From Octopus vulgaris (Eukaryota), in the NCBI GenBank assembly GCA_951406725.2, contig OX597814.1, positions 85,064,001 through 85,128,000 of the forward strand: 64,000 bases of DNA. Reading direction: 5' to 3'. The notes beneath the pieces were generated by a model. It saw only the letters and a list, made by a program, of their open reading frames with translations. It searched no databases and was not told where the DNA came from. Shown in pieces: positions 1 through 13,698 of this stretch. Each line of letters begins with the position of its first letter. The first letter of the stretch is position 1. Both the position numbers and the translations under genes were made by a program.

Positions 1-320
1 ACACAAAACTATATGCAAATTCACTAGAGTAATAGTGCTAGTAACTCACAATCAATTACATCAAGCATATGAACCATGTTTTTTTTAAATAATTTTTATC
101 CTCATGCTGTCATTATACTCTTAACGTTTTGGGATAACTAATGCACTGTAAAAATCACCTGAACACCAAATTACACTCAAAGCAATAAAATAGCTCCCTT
201 GCAATTACTCAATCTGCTAAAATTGACAGTCAAATCTTCTTCAACTTTGACCCACTTAACTTGAAAATAGACAACAACAATTACAACAATAACAATGACA
301 ACAACTAAACTATTTTTCCT

Positions 321-685
321 GTGGCTGTGTGGTAAGTAGCTTGCTTACCAACCACATGGTTCCGGGTTCATTCCCACTGCATGGCACCTTGGGCAAGTGT
401 CTTCTACTATAGCCTCGGGCTGGCAAAAGCGTTGTGAATGGATTTGGTAGACGGAAACTGAAGGAAGCCCATCGTATATATGTATGTGTGTCTGTGTTTG
501 TCCCCCAACATTGCTTGACAACCGATGGTGGTGTGTTTACGTCCCCTGTAACTTAGCGGTTCGGCAAAAGAGACCAATAGAATAAGTACTAAGCTTACAA
601 AGAATAAGTCCTGGGGTCGATTTGCTCGACTAAAGGTGGTGCTCCAGCTTGGCTGCAGTCAAATGACTGAAACAAGTAAAGAGAG
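321..685 (+). mobile_element. tRNA-derived SINE, family A (body type A1), near full length
   Basis: A-box-like TGGCTGTGTGG and B-box-like GGTTCATTCCC, central (TG/TA) microsatellite, 3' end GACTGAAACAAGTAAAGAG. The same sequence recurs many times in the window on both strands. Confidence 0.9.
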
Positions 686-1332
686 TATATCTTTGTAAGA
701 TGTTACGTGGTTGAATTACTGGCTCACATATTGACTGGATTCACATTCTGACTGAATCCAGTCAATTTGTATAGGTACTCCACTAAAATGCATAAAATTC
801 CCTGGTTTACAGGGTTGCATGTTATGTAAAATTTTATATGCTTATTAACCCTTTTGTTACCAACCCGGCTGAAACCAGCTCTGGCTCTGAGTACAAATCT
901 CTTGTTTTCATAAGTTTTGAATTAAAATCTTCCACCAAACCTTAGTCACAATTTATGTTCCTGACACTAGCTGAATGATAACTAAGTTATTTTACTAAAC
1001 TCTTTGTTATATTTAAAGTAATTGAAAGAAACACAGAGTATCTCAAAATAAATACAGTAACAAAAGGGTTAAAGTTAAAATTCATTTCTATTGTTAAACT
1101 ATGAAAACTTGCTTTTGTATCAAAAGATTAAATTACACTGATCTTTTTTTTTTTTTTTGGTTCATTAATCCTTTTGATACCAAACCCTTCAGTATTCATG
1201 AAAACCTGTAAATCAGGGAATTTTATGCATTTCAGTGGAGTACTAACACATATTGACTGGATTCAGTAAAAATGTGAATTCAGTCAATATATGAGGCAGC
1301 AATTCAAACATGTAACATCTTACAAAGATATA
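686..1332. repeat. Long inverted repeat, arms 686-813 and 1205-1332
   Basis: 128-bp arms align without gaps as reverse complements (about 14 mismatches by eye). Each arm has an internal hairpin TTGACTGGATTCA...TGAATCCAGTCAA. Confidence 0.9.
849..1068 (+). mobile_element. piggyBac-type TTAA MITE, family 1
   Basis: TTAA at 845-848 and 1069-1072; TIRs CCCTTTTGTTAC / GTAACAAAAGGG; close reverse copy at 15474-15694. Confidence 0.9.

Positions 1333-1337
<5 letters not shown>

Positions 1338-1373
<36 letters not shown>
1338..1373. repeat. (TA)n microsatellite
   Basis: Read directly; similar tracts at 5955-6000, 13272-13308, 16470-16494 and 53606-53643. Confidence 0.95.
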
Positions 1374-1376
<3 letters not shown>

Positions 1377-1939
1377 CATAATCCTATGAACTCACATGTG
1401 TAGAATACAAATTTGCAAAACGTTTCTGAAAATTCCAAAATAAAAAAGTTATGAGGGGTTATGTGGTGTGCATAAAGCAGAATTTCACAAATTTTTCATT
1501 TGTCTACAGTTGACAACACATACTGTCACGCACAAAATGACAGCTTCCAAATTCTGCTTTCTGACTGGGTAAAAATTATCACTTTAAACCCCTGTAACTC
1601 CCCCCCACTCCAAAAAAGTTAAATATCCACTGAGATTCAGCATGGAAAATTACATCAATACCCCAAATTTTAGAATTTTCATTAAAATTTGAAATTTCCA
1701 CCAGTGCAGCCAAACAGAAAAAGATTCAATTACACTAATGCATTTATTATGATAAGAAAGTGTATTTAGTATATACAGCACTATTTCCTGGTTATCTACC
1801 CACTTTCTCAATCAAAAACCCTCCAGTGAAACAGTGTATTGAAAGAAATTGTAAAACAATACAGAACTTTCAGTAGTTTCTCCCAATCTTTCAGGGTTTG
1901 TAATTTCACAAACTCCATCACAACATCCAGTCCTAGTTG

Positions 1940-2200
1940 CAACTTGGTGGCTTATGTACCACTCAATGACCCTGAGAGCTATGCTATTGGAGTGCAAACT
2001 TCCAGTGGGGCCTGCCAACCAAGACAGATTTAAGGATAAAGGCAAAATTAAAACAGACCACCTCTTCCTAGAAATAAAACAGGTTTGCATAGGCCAACAC
2101 CTCTACCCACCAAAAAGTTAAGTTACAGAAGCATTGATTACAATTCAAAACCAACAAAGCCTGGGAGAGCCAAAAATAACCCAGAATAGAGCAGAGAAGA
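1940..2200 (+). mobile_element. RTE-clade LINE 5'UTR-derived fragment
   Basis: CTCAATGACCCTGAGAGCTATGC...GGGGCC...CCAAGACAG resembles RTE/BovB 5' UTRs and aligns with 48765-48950 in this window. Confidence 0.65.
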
Positions 2201-3893
2201 AAAAATTCCACAGGGAGCAAAAGGTTTGAAGTAGTAACTGAAAATTCACATCCTACCAATATTAAATTGCTTTGTTTTCTACTCCCCCTTCTGAGCAAGG
2301 CCATTTTATTATTATAGGCCTCAAGGCAACGCAATGCTCTGGTGCCTCAAAATATACATAGATTGGCAACAAGTCCCCTAAACCTGTGGGGCCCTCCTGG
2401 CAACTGCTCAATATAGCCTTGCCTTAAAATAGGATTGTTTCTGAGATCAACAGAATAAGTACTTCGTGTTATATATATTAATGTAAGCATAGATGCCTCT
2501 TTTGCAAATTCCTAGTCTTGTATCATCAATATAAGAAATTCATGTATTTGCAATATTGTTCTTTTGCTTCCTGACATTCATATTGTTATATTTTGCTGGT
2601 TTCAATCATTGAACTATAGCCATGCTGAGGGGAAGTGATAAACATCATCAATACTTAGCTGAATATACTGACTCCAATAACTTGTTACTTGTTTTATTAT
2701 CATCCTTAGAAGAGGGCAAAAGGCAAGCTGACATTGGTGTAAAAGGACATAGCTTGAATGGACCACAATGCCACTATTTTCTTTTTGTACAGTAAGCCAA
2801 ATTTATTTTTCATCTCATGCCCACACATACCCACACTCACACACATATACAATCAAAGAGAGTTTAAATAACTGATGCTTGTCTGTGCAGGCAAGACTTG
2901 TATTATTTAGTGAAATTAACAAGAAGTTGCAACCAGTTTAGCAAATTTCGAGGGGAAAAAAAAAATCTCCGTTGTGTCCTTTTAAATTTAATCTGAAGAA
3001 GGATTCTACCCAAAATGCTGGATTTTCCACTTCCCACAGCTTTTTGTGGATTTTACCACATAAGCACACTCACCCCCCAAAACAAACACACACACATACG
3101 ATGAGCTCATACACAATTACTGTTTATTACTCAGAAGGCTCTTTTTATTCAAGGTTACTAATAGAAGACACATTTCTTAAAGTACTACACAATGGGATCA
3201 AATCTGGAAGCTATGTGGTTGCAAAACAATAAACTTCTTACAAAACCATACTGCATGGACACAATAATTACACCGTATAACATGTTTTTGTTCTTGGTAG
3301 CAATTGCTATTTCCTGTTTGTTTACCTCTAGAAAGTATGGAAAATTGGTAACTCCTTCAAACTTTGCTTTTGTTACATTTATCCAAACCCCAAAGAATCC
3401 CCCTCAACACATGGTTATAATGCTTCCCCCACTATTCCTGCTCATGATCAGAGAGAGATGTACATACTGTCATCCACTAAGGGACATACTTAAGTGGTTT
3501 AGGTCAAGCAAATGACAAGCAGATCCTTGGCATTGAGCAGAATATTTGCTATAACAATATTTCTACTTCAGCAACTGAACTCTGAATCTGTCTGAAATGT
3601 AATGGAAAATAGGTCAGTTTCAAAACATTGATGTCCATGTCACAAAAGCAAAGTTTGAAGAATAGTAGTCATTTCCTTTGATATAGATAGAAGCAAGTAA
3701 GAAATAATAGAAGTATATAGGACATATAACATTTACTGATAAAAGAAAAAAGAAATTAAAACTTTGTAAGTGTTACACAAGCTTATTCACCATTGATATT
3801 TCTAACATATTCCAAATATTAGTTATTACTCATTGCTATGTTGTTGGGTAACAATCTCATCAAGATGAAATAGATCCTTCAGCAAAAGCTTAC

Positions 3894-4063
3894 GAGTGAT
3901 CGCATTGATATACTCAACCGCAACCTGCTTATTTGCTTTTTTTTTTTTTTTCTTGAAACAAATTTTAATTCTATCTTTCACATACATTCTATCAACAAGA
4001 GCAACAATAACCTGTCATTTTAGTGAAAGTCTTTTTTTTTTACACTCTGTGTTGCACAATATG
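3894..4063 (-). other. Weak candidate exon (170 nt) of the putative minus-strand transcript
   Basis: Minus strand: acceptor tttttctgtatgtctttcag| and donor CTC|gtaagc; several CpGs in non-repeat DNA. No long open frame, so UTR or non-coding if real. Confidence 0.25.
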
Positions 4064-4861
4064 CTGAAAGACATACAGAAAAACATACACACAACCAAAA
4101 AGATAACTATATGTATATGTATAATATATATACATATAGTAATTTTCTTGAAGTCTATGTTGTATTGTGCTGACAGACTTGCACTTAAAATTCCAGCAAT
4201 TTTAATCAAAACTTGCTATTTACAATGGTGACAACACTACCTGTCTATTTATTTCTCTCTCTCTCTTTCTCACAGTATTTCTCTCTCAACAACAACTTTT
4301 TCTCTTCTTCCTCTTCTAAATATATGTTAACAGGGATTATCTCCCCTTTTGATTCCTCTCCTTCTTTCTTCCCTCTAATAGATGTTGTGATAGGCAGACA
4401 GCTGGAGATCAGCTTCTCATAATATAAGATTACAATTGAGGTTTAGCCAACCAACTGATACATTTATGTTCATCATGAAGACTACATGTAACCAAATATC
4501 TTTGCTGTTTTCCTAAGACTTAGAGACCAAACAAAGAATTTCAGAATTTCACAAACCATTCCAAACACTACATTTTCTAAGATTACCATCTATAAAGAGC
4601 TCTTTCAAAGAATTCGATTTGCATTGATTTCTAACCAGCATAACTACAGATGTGTGCTCCACCAGCCTTGTTTCTTTATAACTTTCTGAAAGATAGGTAT
4701 TTTTAATGAAATTTTCCAGAGATACATTTTAGATCGTGTGGTGTACATTAGGGTTATATTGAAATTTGTTATGAAAAAATGTTTACAAGAGATGGAGAGG
4801 AGTTTCAGATAATCCACACATCTCAAATTATTTCCCCATAACTTTCTGAAATAACTTTTAT

Positions 4862-5103
4862 TTTTTAATTGTTTCAGTCATTAGACTGAGACCATGCTGG
4901 GGCACACTACTTGTCAAGCAGTTGTGGGACGGGACACACGGACACACACACACAATGGGCTTCTTTCAGTTTCTGTCTACCAAATCCACTCACAAGGCTT
5001 TGATAGGCCCAAGGCATTTGCCCAAGGTGCCACACAGTGGAACAGAACCTGAAACTATGTGGTTGGAATGTAAACTTCTTATCATACAACCACAACTGCA
5101 CCT
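4862..5103 (-). mobile_element. SINE family A, internally deleted
   Basis: Reverse complement of the head and tail of 321-685, with missing internal blocks. Confidence 0.8.
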
Positions 5104-5952
5104 ATGGAAGCTTTCCTTTTCGATAAAATTTTCTACAAATACATTTCAGACAATTTATATTATGATTATGTTGAAAATCTGATGTGAAAAAATTTTTGTA
5201 ATTCAAAAGCTGTTTCAGGTTCAGAATTGATCGTTTTTTGTTTTTTTTTAACCTGAAATGCTATCAGCTAAGAAAGTCTGCACTCTTGTCATTAGTTGTT
5301 TATTATTCTTCATTAATTTTCAACCTGGATCATAGAAAAATCAGTCTACACAGAATGTGAAATCCAAATAAAATTGGTTAACTTTAAATGATGTCTTTTA
5401 CTGAATACTCTTCTTATTAGTGTAACACGAAATTTGTCAGTCAATATATACAAGGAATAAAATGGTTAGAATAATGATGTATTTATTTATATATAAATAT
5501 ATATATACACACTACATGTGTGAAAAATCGGTGAGTGTGTGTGTGTGTGTGTATGTGTGCATGTGTTTGTGGCATTGTTATCTAACTCGTCCTACATCAT
5601 TTTATTGATTTGCATGCATGCATGTACACACACAAAGATCTGGCTTGTGGGTACCAAATTTCACTCACAATGTACTGATCAAGTTTGTGAAAACAAGATA
5701 CCTGCCCAAGATGTTATGCAGTGGGATCAAACCCAGATCCACATGGTTGTGAAGTGAGCTTCTTAATCATACAGCCATGGCACTAACTACTGTTACAACT
5801 TTGAACAGGTTTACAGTTTCAATGAAATTGTGAAAGCAAGAAAAGAGAAAACAGTTGAAAAATGAAGAAAAGAAATGGAACAAGTTTGTCTTTTCAAAGC
5901 TGGAAATTGTACTAATAAACGAATAAATAAATATAAACAATTGTAGCATGGA

Positions 5953-6004
<52 letters not shown>

Positions 6005-6265
6005 CTTATTGAGTGGCACAAAGAATGCAAAACCAGACTGCAAGGGAAACTTTATTATTTATTTATAAACCAGCTCCTGCTTTCTGTTTGAGAAAAAACA
6101 TTTAGATTCATAAGTCATTCAACAAATAAAGGTGTACACAAACACACACACACACACATATTTATACACAAAACCACAAGCAAGCAATAACTGTGAGTTT
6201 ATTTCATCCATTCAATATATAGCCCAGCAGACTTTTGATCAACAGTCCAGCTATCATTATCCCAT

Positions 6266-6596
6266 CATGGTTCTGGGTTCAATCCCACTGCATGGAACCT
6301 TGGGCAAACATCTTCTATAGCCTTGGGCTGACCAGTGTCTTATCAGTGGATTTGTAACACAGAAACCGAAGGATGCATGCATGTCTGTATGTATGCATGG
6401 ATGTATTATACTGATATGCCTTTGTGTCTGTTTGTCCACTTTCACCACTTGACATCTGGTGCTAATATGCTAATGTCCCCATAACTTAGCAGTTTGAGAA
6501 AAGAGACCAATAGAACAAATACTAGGCTTTAAAGAAATTCTTCAAGGCATTGCCCCAGTGTAACAACATTCTATTAGCTGAAACAAGTAAAAGATA
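6266..6596 (+). mobile_element. SINE family A (A1), 5'-truncated
   Basis: Aligns by eye to 321-685 from the B box to the GAAACAAGTAAAAGA tail. Confidence 0.8.
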
Positions 6597-7109
6597 ACAG
6601 ATACAGAATATATAGGATTTCCAGTGTGTACTTTCATTCCTTTAAGACTAAAGGCCACACAGTTTGATGAAGATTTGGCTGTTATTTCTTCTAGCAAGTT
6701 GAGCAAACCATGTACAGATTCTTTCAGTAGTACATATAAGAAACAAATTAATCCAGTTACACTACAACTTAAACACTTAAATAATTTTTTTAATCTCACT
6801 TAAAGTTTACAGATTCTATAGTTACTGTTCTGAGAGAGAGAGAGAGAGAGAAACACAGACAGACAGACAGAGGGAAACAGACAACTGTGTGTGAGAGAGG
6901 TAGAGAGAAAGAAAATCAGGTATTGTAATGCTTTAAAATTCTTTGGATACAATTTAGAACATGCTTGTTTTGTTTTTATAGCCTATGCTATTTTAATCAT
7001 AAAAACCTCTTGCCAGTATCCTAAAGGCAGTTAAAATAGTCAACTAACACACAAATCTTATTTTATTTTTCCATCTGTTGTAATATCACTTCACCTACAA
7101 CAATCCATT

Positions 7110-7620
7110 TTGACAGATTTGGTAGAATCATTAGAAGGTCATACAAAATGCCTTATAGCATCTGTTCTACTTTTTAACAATTTAAATCCAAATCTTGCTA
7201 AGGTCTATTTTGCCTTTCATTTTTCCACAGGAAAAAGAACCAGCCCAGCAACGGTACTTTTATTTTATAACAATGAGCTATTCCCTCTCCAACAAAATTT
7301 GAAATCTTGTGCTTCCTTTTTTTAAATTTTTAATATTAAGGACTACATTAGCAGAACTGCTAAGGCATCAGAAAGAATACTTTATGGTATATAATCCTTC
7401 TCTTAATGTTCTGAGTTCAAACCCTTCAATGTCAACTTTTAAGGCAGCAAAATGTTTAGTGGCATTTTGTCCATTTTTACATTCTGAATTCATATTTCAC
7501 CAAGGTTGACTTTGCCTTTCATCCTTGCGGAGTCCATAAAATAAGTACCAGTTGAATACTGGAGTTGATGTAATCAACTTGCCCCCTCCCCCAAACTTGC
7601 TGGCCTTGTGCCAAAATTTG
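7110..7620 (+). mobile_element. Cluster of decayed SINE family B copies (about three heads in tandem)
   Basis: Repeated GCAGAA...TTCTGAGTTCAAA...GACTTTGCCTTTCATCC motifs matching 26475-26701. Confidence 0.7.
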
Positions 7621-8280
7621 CAATTGACATCTAGAACTACATGGCATAGTATGTTGTTCCCCTTTTAAGACAGCAGTGTGTGAACTGAAGGAAACTTGGC
7701 AGCTGTTTCTTAAGGTTGAGATAACCTTGTAGATATTCCCTTGTTGATTCCTTGCTAGTGTTATTAACATGTAAAAATTTGATACACTATAGAAAATTCT
7801 AAAAACAAAAAAATATAGCTTCTTTCATATTTCCCATAAAGATTTAAAATAGACAAAATATATATAATGCACTTCTTAACTGAACTGAAAAGCCTATCTA
7901 AAACCATAAAGATTACATACAAACAGATCACATACAGCTTGTCAAGTCTTCAATAAGAATTTTCTACTGCTTCTTTAACTGTAGTCAATCTGGTGACTGC
8001 ATTTGTCACATGCACACACTACAGTCTTCTCTTTCGCTCTCTACAAATATTTTGCACAGATAAACCACAAGCTCTTGTCTATTTACAGAGTGCAATTCAT
8101 AATGATTTTTTTTTCTTTTGTTAATTTACTAATTCAATAAATAGCTACATTGTTATTCAGCTCTATAAAAAAAAAACAGCAATTAACTGAACTAAAATGA
8201 AAAACAGATAAATTACAAAGATTCTACTAGAAAAACTTCACAGAATTTGGCACTCATTAATGTAGTTAAATGCCCTACAT

Positions 8281-9238
8281 CAGTGGTCCTCAAAATATTT
8301 GTACCACAGACCAGTTTCATGTAAGACAATTTTACCATGGGCTAGGGAATCGTGTGCATAACAAAACATAATTAAGTACATAAAATAAAAATATGACCCC
8401 CTTCGATCATCAATGATCACAGGATTACACCTAGAAAGTTACCCCACAAGACATAAATCTAGGCAAGGTTGTTTATGGAAGACCAGCATTTGCCTATGCA
8501 TACCAATCTCTCTTCTCCATGCCACTGATGTTATCCAAGAGAAAGGTAAATATCGATACAGCTTGACAGCTGAGTGAACTGAAGCAATGTGAAATAAAGT
8601 GTTTTGCTCAAGGACACAACACACAGCCTAGTCTGGGAATCGAACTCATTACCTCATGATTGTGAGCCTGACACTCCAACCACTGAGCCATGCACCTTCA
8701 AAGTGCATAATGAAATGCATAATGTATAATTTAATTGTTACATATGTTATACATTTACATAATACATATATAATGCAAAGATACCCTGCAGACTGTGAGA
8801 ATCAATAAAATCTAAAAATCAATAAATACAGGGTCCTGAGCAGCTGCTATCAGTTTGTGCTGGTTACCATTGAAATGTCAGTTGTTCTGGGGACTCTGTA
8901 CTACAGATTTCCTCAGCAAAATAGGCCCATCAGTGAAATGAGCCCCACGAGGTGGAGGGGTTGCAGCAGTGAGTGTTACTGGTCATCCTCTGCAGCAACA
9001 CCATCACAGTCATTATCGTGAGGTGCAGCTGAACACATCATTTGTTCTGGGGTATGTAGCCCATCGCCCCTTTTCCCTTCATCTTCTGCTGATTTACCAC
9101 ACCTTTCTTCTTCTTTTCTTTCTTATCTCTCTTTTTCTTGTTTCTTTGTAACAAGACAATTGGTAAATAAAATGAGGTTCATTATTTGACATCTAATGAA
9201 ACAGCCCAATACTATGGGCAGGTTATTGGGAACCCCTG
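8281..9238 (+). mobile_element. Non-autonomous hAT (Charlie-like) DNA transposon containing a nested SINE
   Basis: Termini CAGTGGTCCTCAA / TTGGGAACCCCTG; the 5' sequence resembles Charlie-type non-autonomous elements; the 8-bp flanks are only partly matched (old). Confidence 0.6.
8395..8699 (-). mobile_element. tRNA-derived SINE, family D
   Basis: Reverse complement of 61980-62312; minus strand has TGGCTCAGTGG (A box) and GTTCGATTCC (B box). Confidence 0.85.
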
Positions 9239-9686
9239 CATTATACGGCTGGCAAAAGAATCTGGTAGAAAATATTTAATAAGCATTCAAAAAAAGACAC
9301 TTGCATATCTACATTGCAAAACAGAGATATGATTTGTGCACTATATGGCATTTGCTGTAAATTCAGATTGGAATAATATTGATTTAATTTCACAGTTGTA
9401 GGGAAAAATTAGAATTTATTTGATCCTTAAACGGCAAGCATCATCGATTTATGATTCAAAAATTTTATATGGATATAGCCATCATCAAAGAAAAATTAAT
9501 AATTTACAGCACTTTTCAATAACAAGATTGTAATTTTTATTGTGCAAGAGGCTAATAATTATTATAGATTTTGTACTTATTTAAAGTGAAAAATAAGTAT
9601 AAAAACCATCCTTAAGAAAAAGAAATTTTTTTTTTTTGTCTTCTGCTTGTTTGGCACACATATTCATGCAAACCTTTCCTACCATT

Positions 9687-10025
9687 TAGTATTTAAACAG
9701 ATCATATCTGGTTCAAATAATCTACCAATTTTATGTTCAAACTGGCCAGATCAAATCTATCATACCTACCCTGCAATATCATTCTAAAAAAGAATCTCAT
9801 CATCAAAATCTCAAACCCAGAACCATGTGGGTGGAAAGTAAGCTTCTTACCACACAGCCATACCTGCACCTATTATGCATTACCTTGTGGCTTTAAGGTT
9901 TTGATGATATGATTGCTTATTCTTAGAAAGACATTGTAGGGTAGGTGTGACATGCAACATCTGGCCAGTTTGACTATAAAGCATGTAGGATATTTGGGCC
10001 AGATATAGCTGGTTTAAATGCTAAA
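9687..10025. repeat. Inverted pair of TTAA-MITE family 2 right halves flanking a SINE A head fragment
   Basis: 9687-9815 is the reverse complement of about 9890-10025 (compare 29160-29610); 9816-9871 is a minus-strand SINE A head. Confidence 0.7.
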
Positions 10026-11430
10026 CAGTTATAAAATCTACTATTATTAATTTAAGTTCCATTTTCTATATAAATATATTTACTTGCTCAAAAATGAATT
10101 TTAAATCACTATACAAGCTGTAATTTGATAACAAACAAAAAAAAAAAAATGTAAACTGAACAAGAAGAATATTACTGAACTTAGAGAAGCACATATTTTA
10201 GTTATAGTTTAAAAAAATACTAATGCTACCCGTAAGGAATTTCAGAAAACAGATATCTACAAAATATAGGTTACATTGCACAAGAATACAGAAGAGAACA
10301 AATGTGACACCAGCAGTAATTAACTTACATTCTAGCTTTAAATGACAAAAAAAGAAAAAGAAGAAAAAAACCCGGAGAGATCAAATCAAATAATATGACA
10401 ACACTATAGAAATTTACATTACTTGAAACTGCTTAAGAACACCTTCTTTCATCTCTTATGACTTGATAAGAAGGAACTTGGCTATTTTGCATTTAACACT
10501 GATAAGTAAAATTTGTGAACTTGCTGTATGAAAAAGATACAATAGATAGTTTTATAATTATCATCAACATAGTAGACATAGTGGTGCTAGAAGTATATTC
10601 TCTGTGTACCAAATCAATGGCTAGCCTTTCAATTCTTTGTTGGAATATTACATGTATCACTAATGACATAGCTGAAAAGGCATAAAAATTACAAATTTTT
10701 ATATCAATTCTATCAACCTTAGGCATAAAGCCTATGAAAGAAATTATTATTGATCATGATCATCAATAGAAAGTTTGCACATGATATGGATGAACAATAT
10801 CTGAATCTTAATAGCATATCATGTGTGCAATCAAATCTTCCAAACTCAGGTCTATATCATCAGAGATCTTTCCTGATTTACTCTCTGTTATTCCACATGC
10901 TCTCAAGTACCATCATCTTAAATCATAACTCACACATTCACTCTTACACGACAAGCTAGACAATGAAACAAAATAGATGATACCATCAATCCCAACACTC
11001 GTGAAAGTTATCCCTCACACATAAATGCGCACGCGCGCGCGCACACACACACACGTATGTTCTGGGTCTGATATTATACTGCATTTGGTAGTGAAGCTCC
11101 AGTTCGGGAATTCTGAAGTTGTAGGGAGCATGAAGTCACTTCTTAATTACCATTACATCCAGGTATGTTCTGACCCTGAATGGTAGTACTCATCACAGTT
11201 CCATCTATAGGTTAAACAGATATACCAGGCATAGAAGAGGTTCCTGTTATTTTTGACAAAGCCAAGAGAAAGACAGCTCTTCTAGAAGAAAGATACTCTG
11301 ACATAAAACTTGAAGTTAAAAATGTTACCTATCATCCTGCCATACTTCTCACTGAAATCTACTATGATGATCAAGAGAGTGGCAAAAATATTGTACAAGC
11401 TTTTGTCACTTAAATCCAATGATATGCAGA

Positions 11431-11853
11431 TGTTTCACTATCATTTCATTTCTTGATTTGATTTGTATTTTATAAAGTTTTATGGTAACAGATATCCACA
11501 CACATGCAAGGATGAAAGTATATCAGAGTAAACAGGCTGAAAGCGAGACAGCTATCATCTGACTAGTCTTTTACTTAATCAACTCCAGACAGTATGAAAG
11601 GCAAAGTTGACTGCTGTGAGATTTGAACCTAGAATGTAAAAACCAGAACGTCCAGCCTTCAATAAGTCTATACACAGACATACACATACATATATGTGGA
11701 GTTGATAAAGTAAAAGGCTAGTCAGATGATAGCTGTCTCACTATCAACCTGGTTATTCACATTTACTTTCATCCTTGCATGTGTGTGCATATCCATTGGC
11801 ATAGAACTTTATAAAATACAAATCAGATCAAGAAATGAAATGATAGTAAAATA
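11431..11853. repeat. Long inverted repeat, arms 11431-11587 and 11697-11853
   Basis: 157-bp gap-free arms, about 19 mismatches by eye, 109-bp spacer. Confidence 0.9.
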
Positions 11854-11893
11854 TTGTGTGTGTGTATGTGTGTAAGAGAGAGAGAGGGGGGTT

Positions 11894-12123
11894 GTTTGGT
11901 ATTTAGAAGGGCATCCAGCTGTAAAACCCATGCCAAAACTGACCTTGCCTATGCTGGTGCCACATAAAAAGCACTCAGTCCACTCTGTTGGGTGGTAAAA
12001 ACTATGCCAAAACAGACACAGAAGCCTGGTGTAGTTTTCTGTCTGGTTCGCTCCTGTCAAACTGTCCAAACCATGCCAGCATGGAAGGCAGATGTTAGAT
12101 GATGATGATGATGATGATGATGA
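11894..12123 (+). mobile_element. SINE family C 3' part with (GAT)n tail
   Basis: GAAGGGCATCCAGCTGTA...CCATGCCAGCATGGAA...(GAT)n; related copies at 47555-47770 (-), 50140-50430 (+) and 32670-32830 (-). Confidence 0.75.
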
Positions 12124-13261
12124 CATATATATATGAGAGAGAGAGAGAGACAGAGAGACAGAGAGAGACCAGGTTTGGGCATCCTTTCTTAAGAAGTGGG
12201 TCACATGAGACAAGGCTCATGATGAAGTAAATTGCACTTTTAAAATATTCCAGTCAATTTTTCATAGGTATTCCATTCAGAAAGCACACAGTCCTCAGTA
12301 TACAATTGACTGATATAGGCGTGTGTGTGGGTTTGATAGATGAACACTGAAACTCATTGCATGTATGTGTCTCTGTTTACATAGCACTCTATCAAAGTTG
12401 TGATGTACAAGTAGTGGTGGTGGTAGTGGTGTCACTTCTGCCAACAAATTATCTGCTCACTTCATGCCTTTAAAGACATGTGAAATAATAGATCTCTTAC
12501 TTGTAGAACAGGTAAAGATTAGAGACAGGAATGGCATACAACTGTAACAATATCTGAACAATGTATTTGTCTAACCCATGCCAGGATGTAAAAGCAAAGA
12601 ATACACGTGTGTGCAAGTATGTTTGTGGCTGGGACGTATGTATCCTGCTGTGTGTGTGTGTGTTTTAGTTAATCACATTGACTCCAGAACTTATTCAGTC
12701 TTATATTTATTTCACCCAGCTTTATTCATTGAAAGGCTGGTTGTCTACTCTGTGTGTGTGTACTTGTTTGTATGTATGTATGTATGTATGTATGCATGCA
12801 TAACTTTATGTAATAAAATAGGCAATTCTTTGGTGGGGCTCAAGAGTCATATAAGGACCTCACATTGCATTATCAATGAATCATTTTGATGATTCTTTCC
12901 AGCAATGGCTTTGCCATATACGAGAAAGCAGTATGAATGGATGTATGTATGGATGGATGCATGCTTGCTTGCTTGCATAATGATATACAAATATTTAAAT
13001 ATTTTATAGCTGTTAGGGCACTTTGTAGAGGTTTTTAGTAATATAATATATTTATGCATGAGTATGAGATATCCATGGAGTATGCAAAGATATCCACACA
13101 GATCTCTTTTTTTATTATGTTTCTTACAAACAAAAAATTTGATTTATGTTCCTGGTTGTCTTTCACAAGAATTTTCCACATATATCTGTTAACATGATGT
13201 TACAGATGTTGATCTGTGGAGATAGAAAGATAGACCTGTGAATTTTAAAGATGAACGTGTC

Positions 13262-13313
<52 letters not shown>

Positions 13314-13485
13314 CTTGGTGTGTGTATGTGAATATCACTATAACATAGAACATTTCAGTCTCTTCATTTTCAGCTGCTTTTATATTGTAAAATTAATATC
13401 GTAGATAGACAAATATATTTTATCAAAATAAGCAATTAAAACAGAAGCGCATATTCAGGGCAAAAATATAGGACTTAGTATTTAA

Positions 13486-13698
13486 TCCTTTTCATATCAA
13501 CCTGCTTGAGACAGTCCTTGGTTCTATGATAGAAACTGTTTGAAAATGGTTTAAATCAAAACCTTCCATTAAATTTTCATATTAAGTTCCAAACATCAGA
13601 TTAATAATGACAAAATTATTTTACTAAATCCTTCATCATTTTCAAAATTAATCAAAACAGAAGCAGTTTATTTCAACATGAATGTAATGATAAAAGAG
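13486..13698 (+). mobile_element. piggyBac-type TTAA MITE, family 1 variant (decayed)
   Basis: TTAA-TCCTTTTCATATC ... GATAAAAGAG-TTAG; body aligns with 52996-53219. Confidence 0.75.

Noticed and set aside
2993-3025. CTGAAGAAGG..CCCAAAATGCT, possible decayed hammerhead
   Set aside because: It needs three or more back-mutations and stem I does not pair.
10329-10335. 3- or 7-nt minus-strand microexon-like signal (similar ones near 13730, 16110 and 57670)
   Set aside because: Such AG/GTAAG pairs are frequent by chance in AT-rich DNA; no independent support.
11027-11054. Alternating (GC)n/(CA)n tracts with Z-DNA potential (also 54620-54647)
   Set aside because: Ordinary microsatellite edges with no evidence of function.
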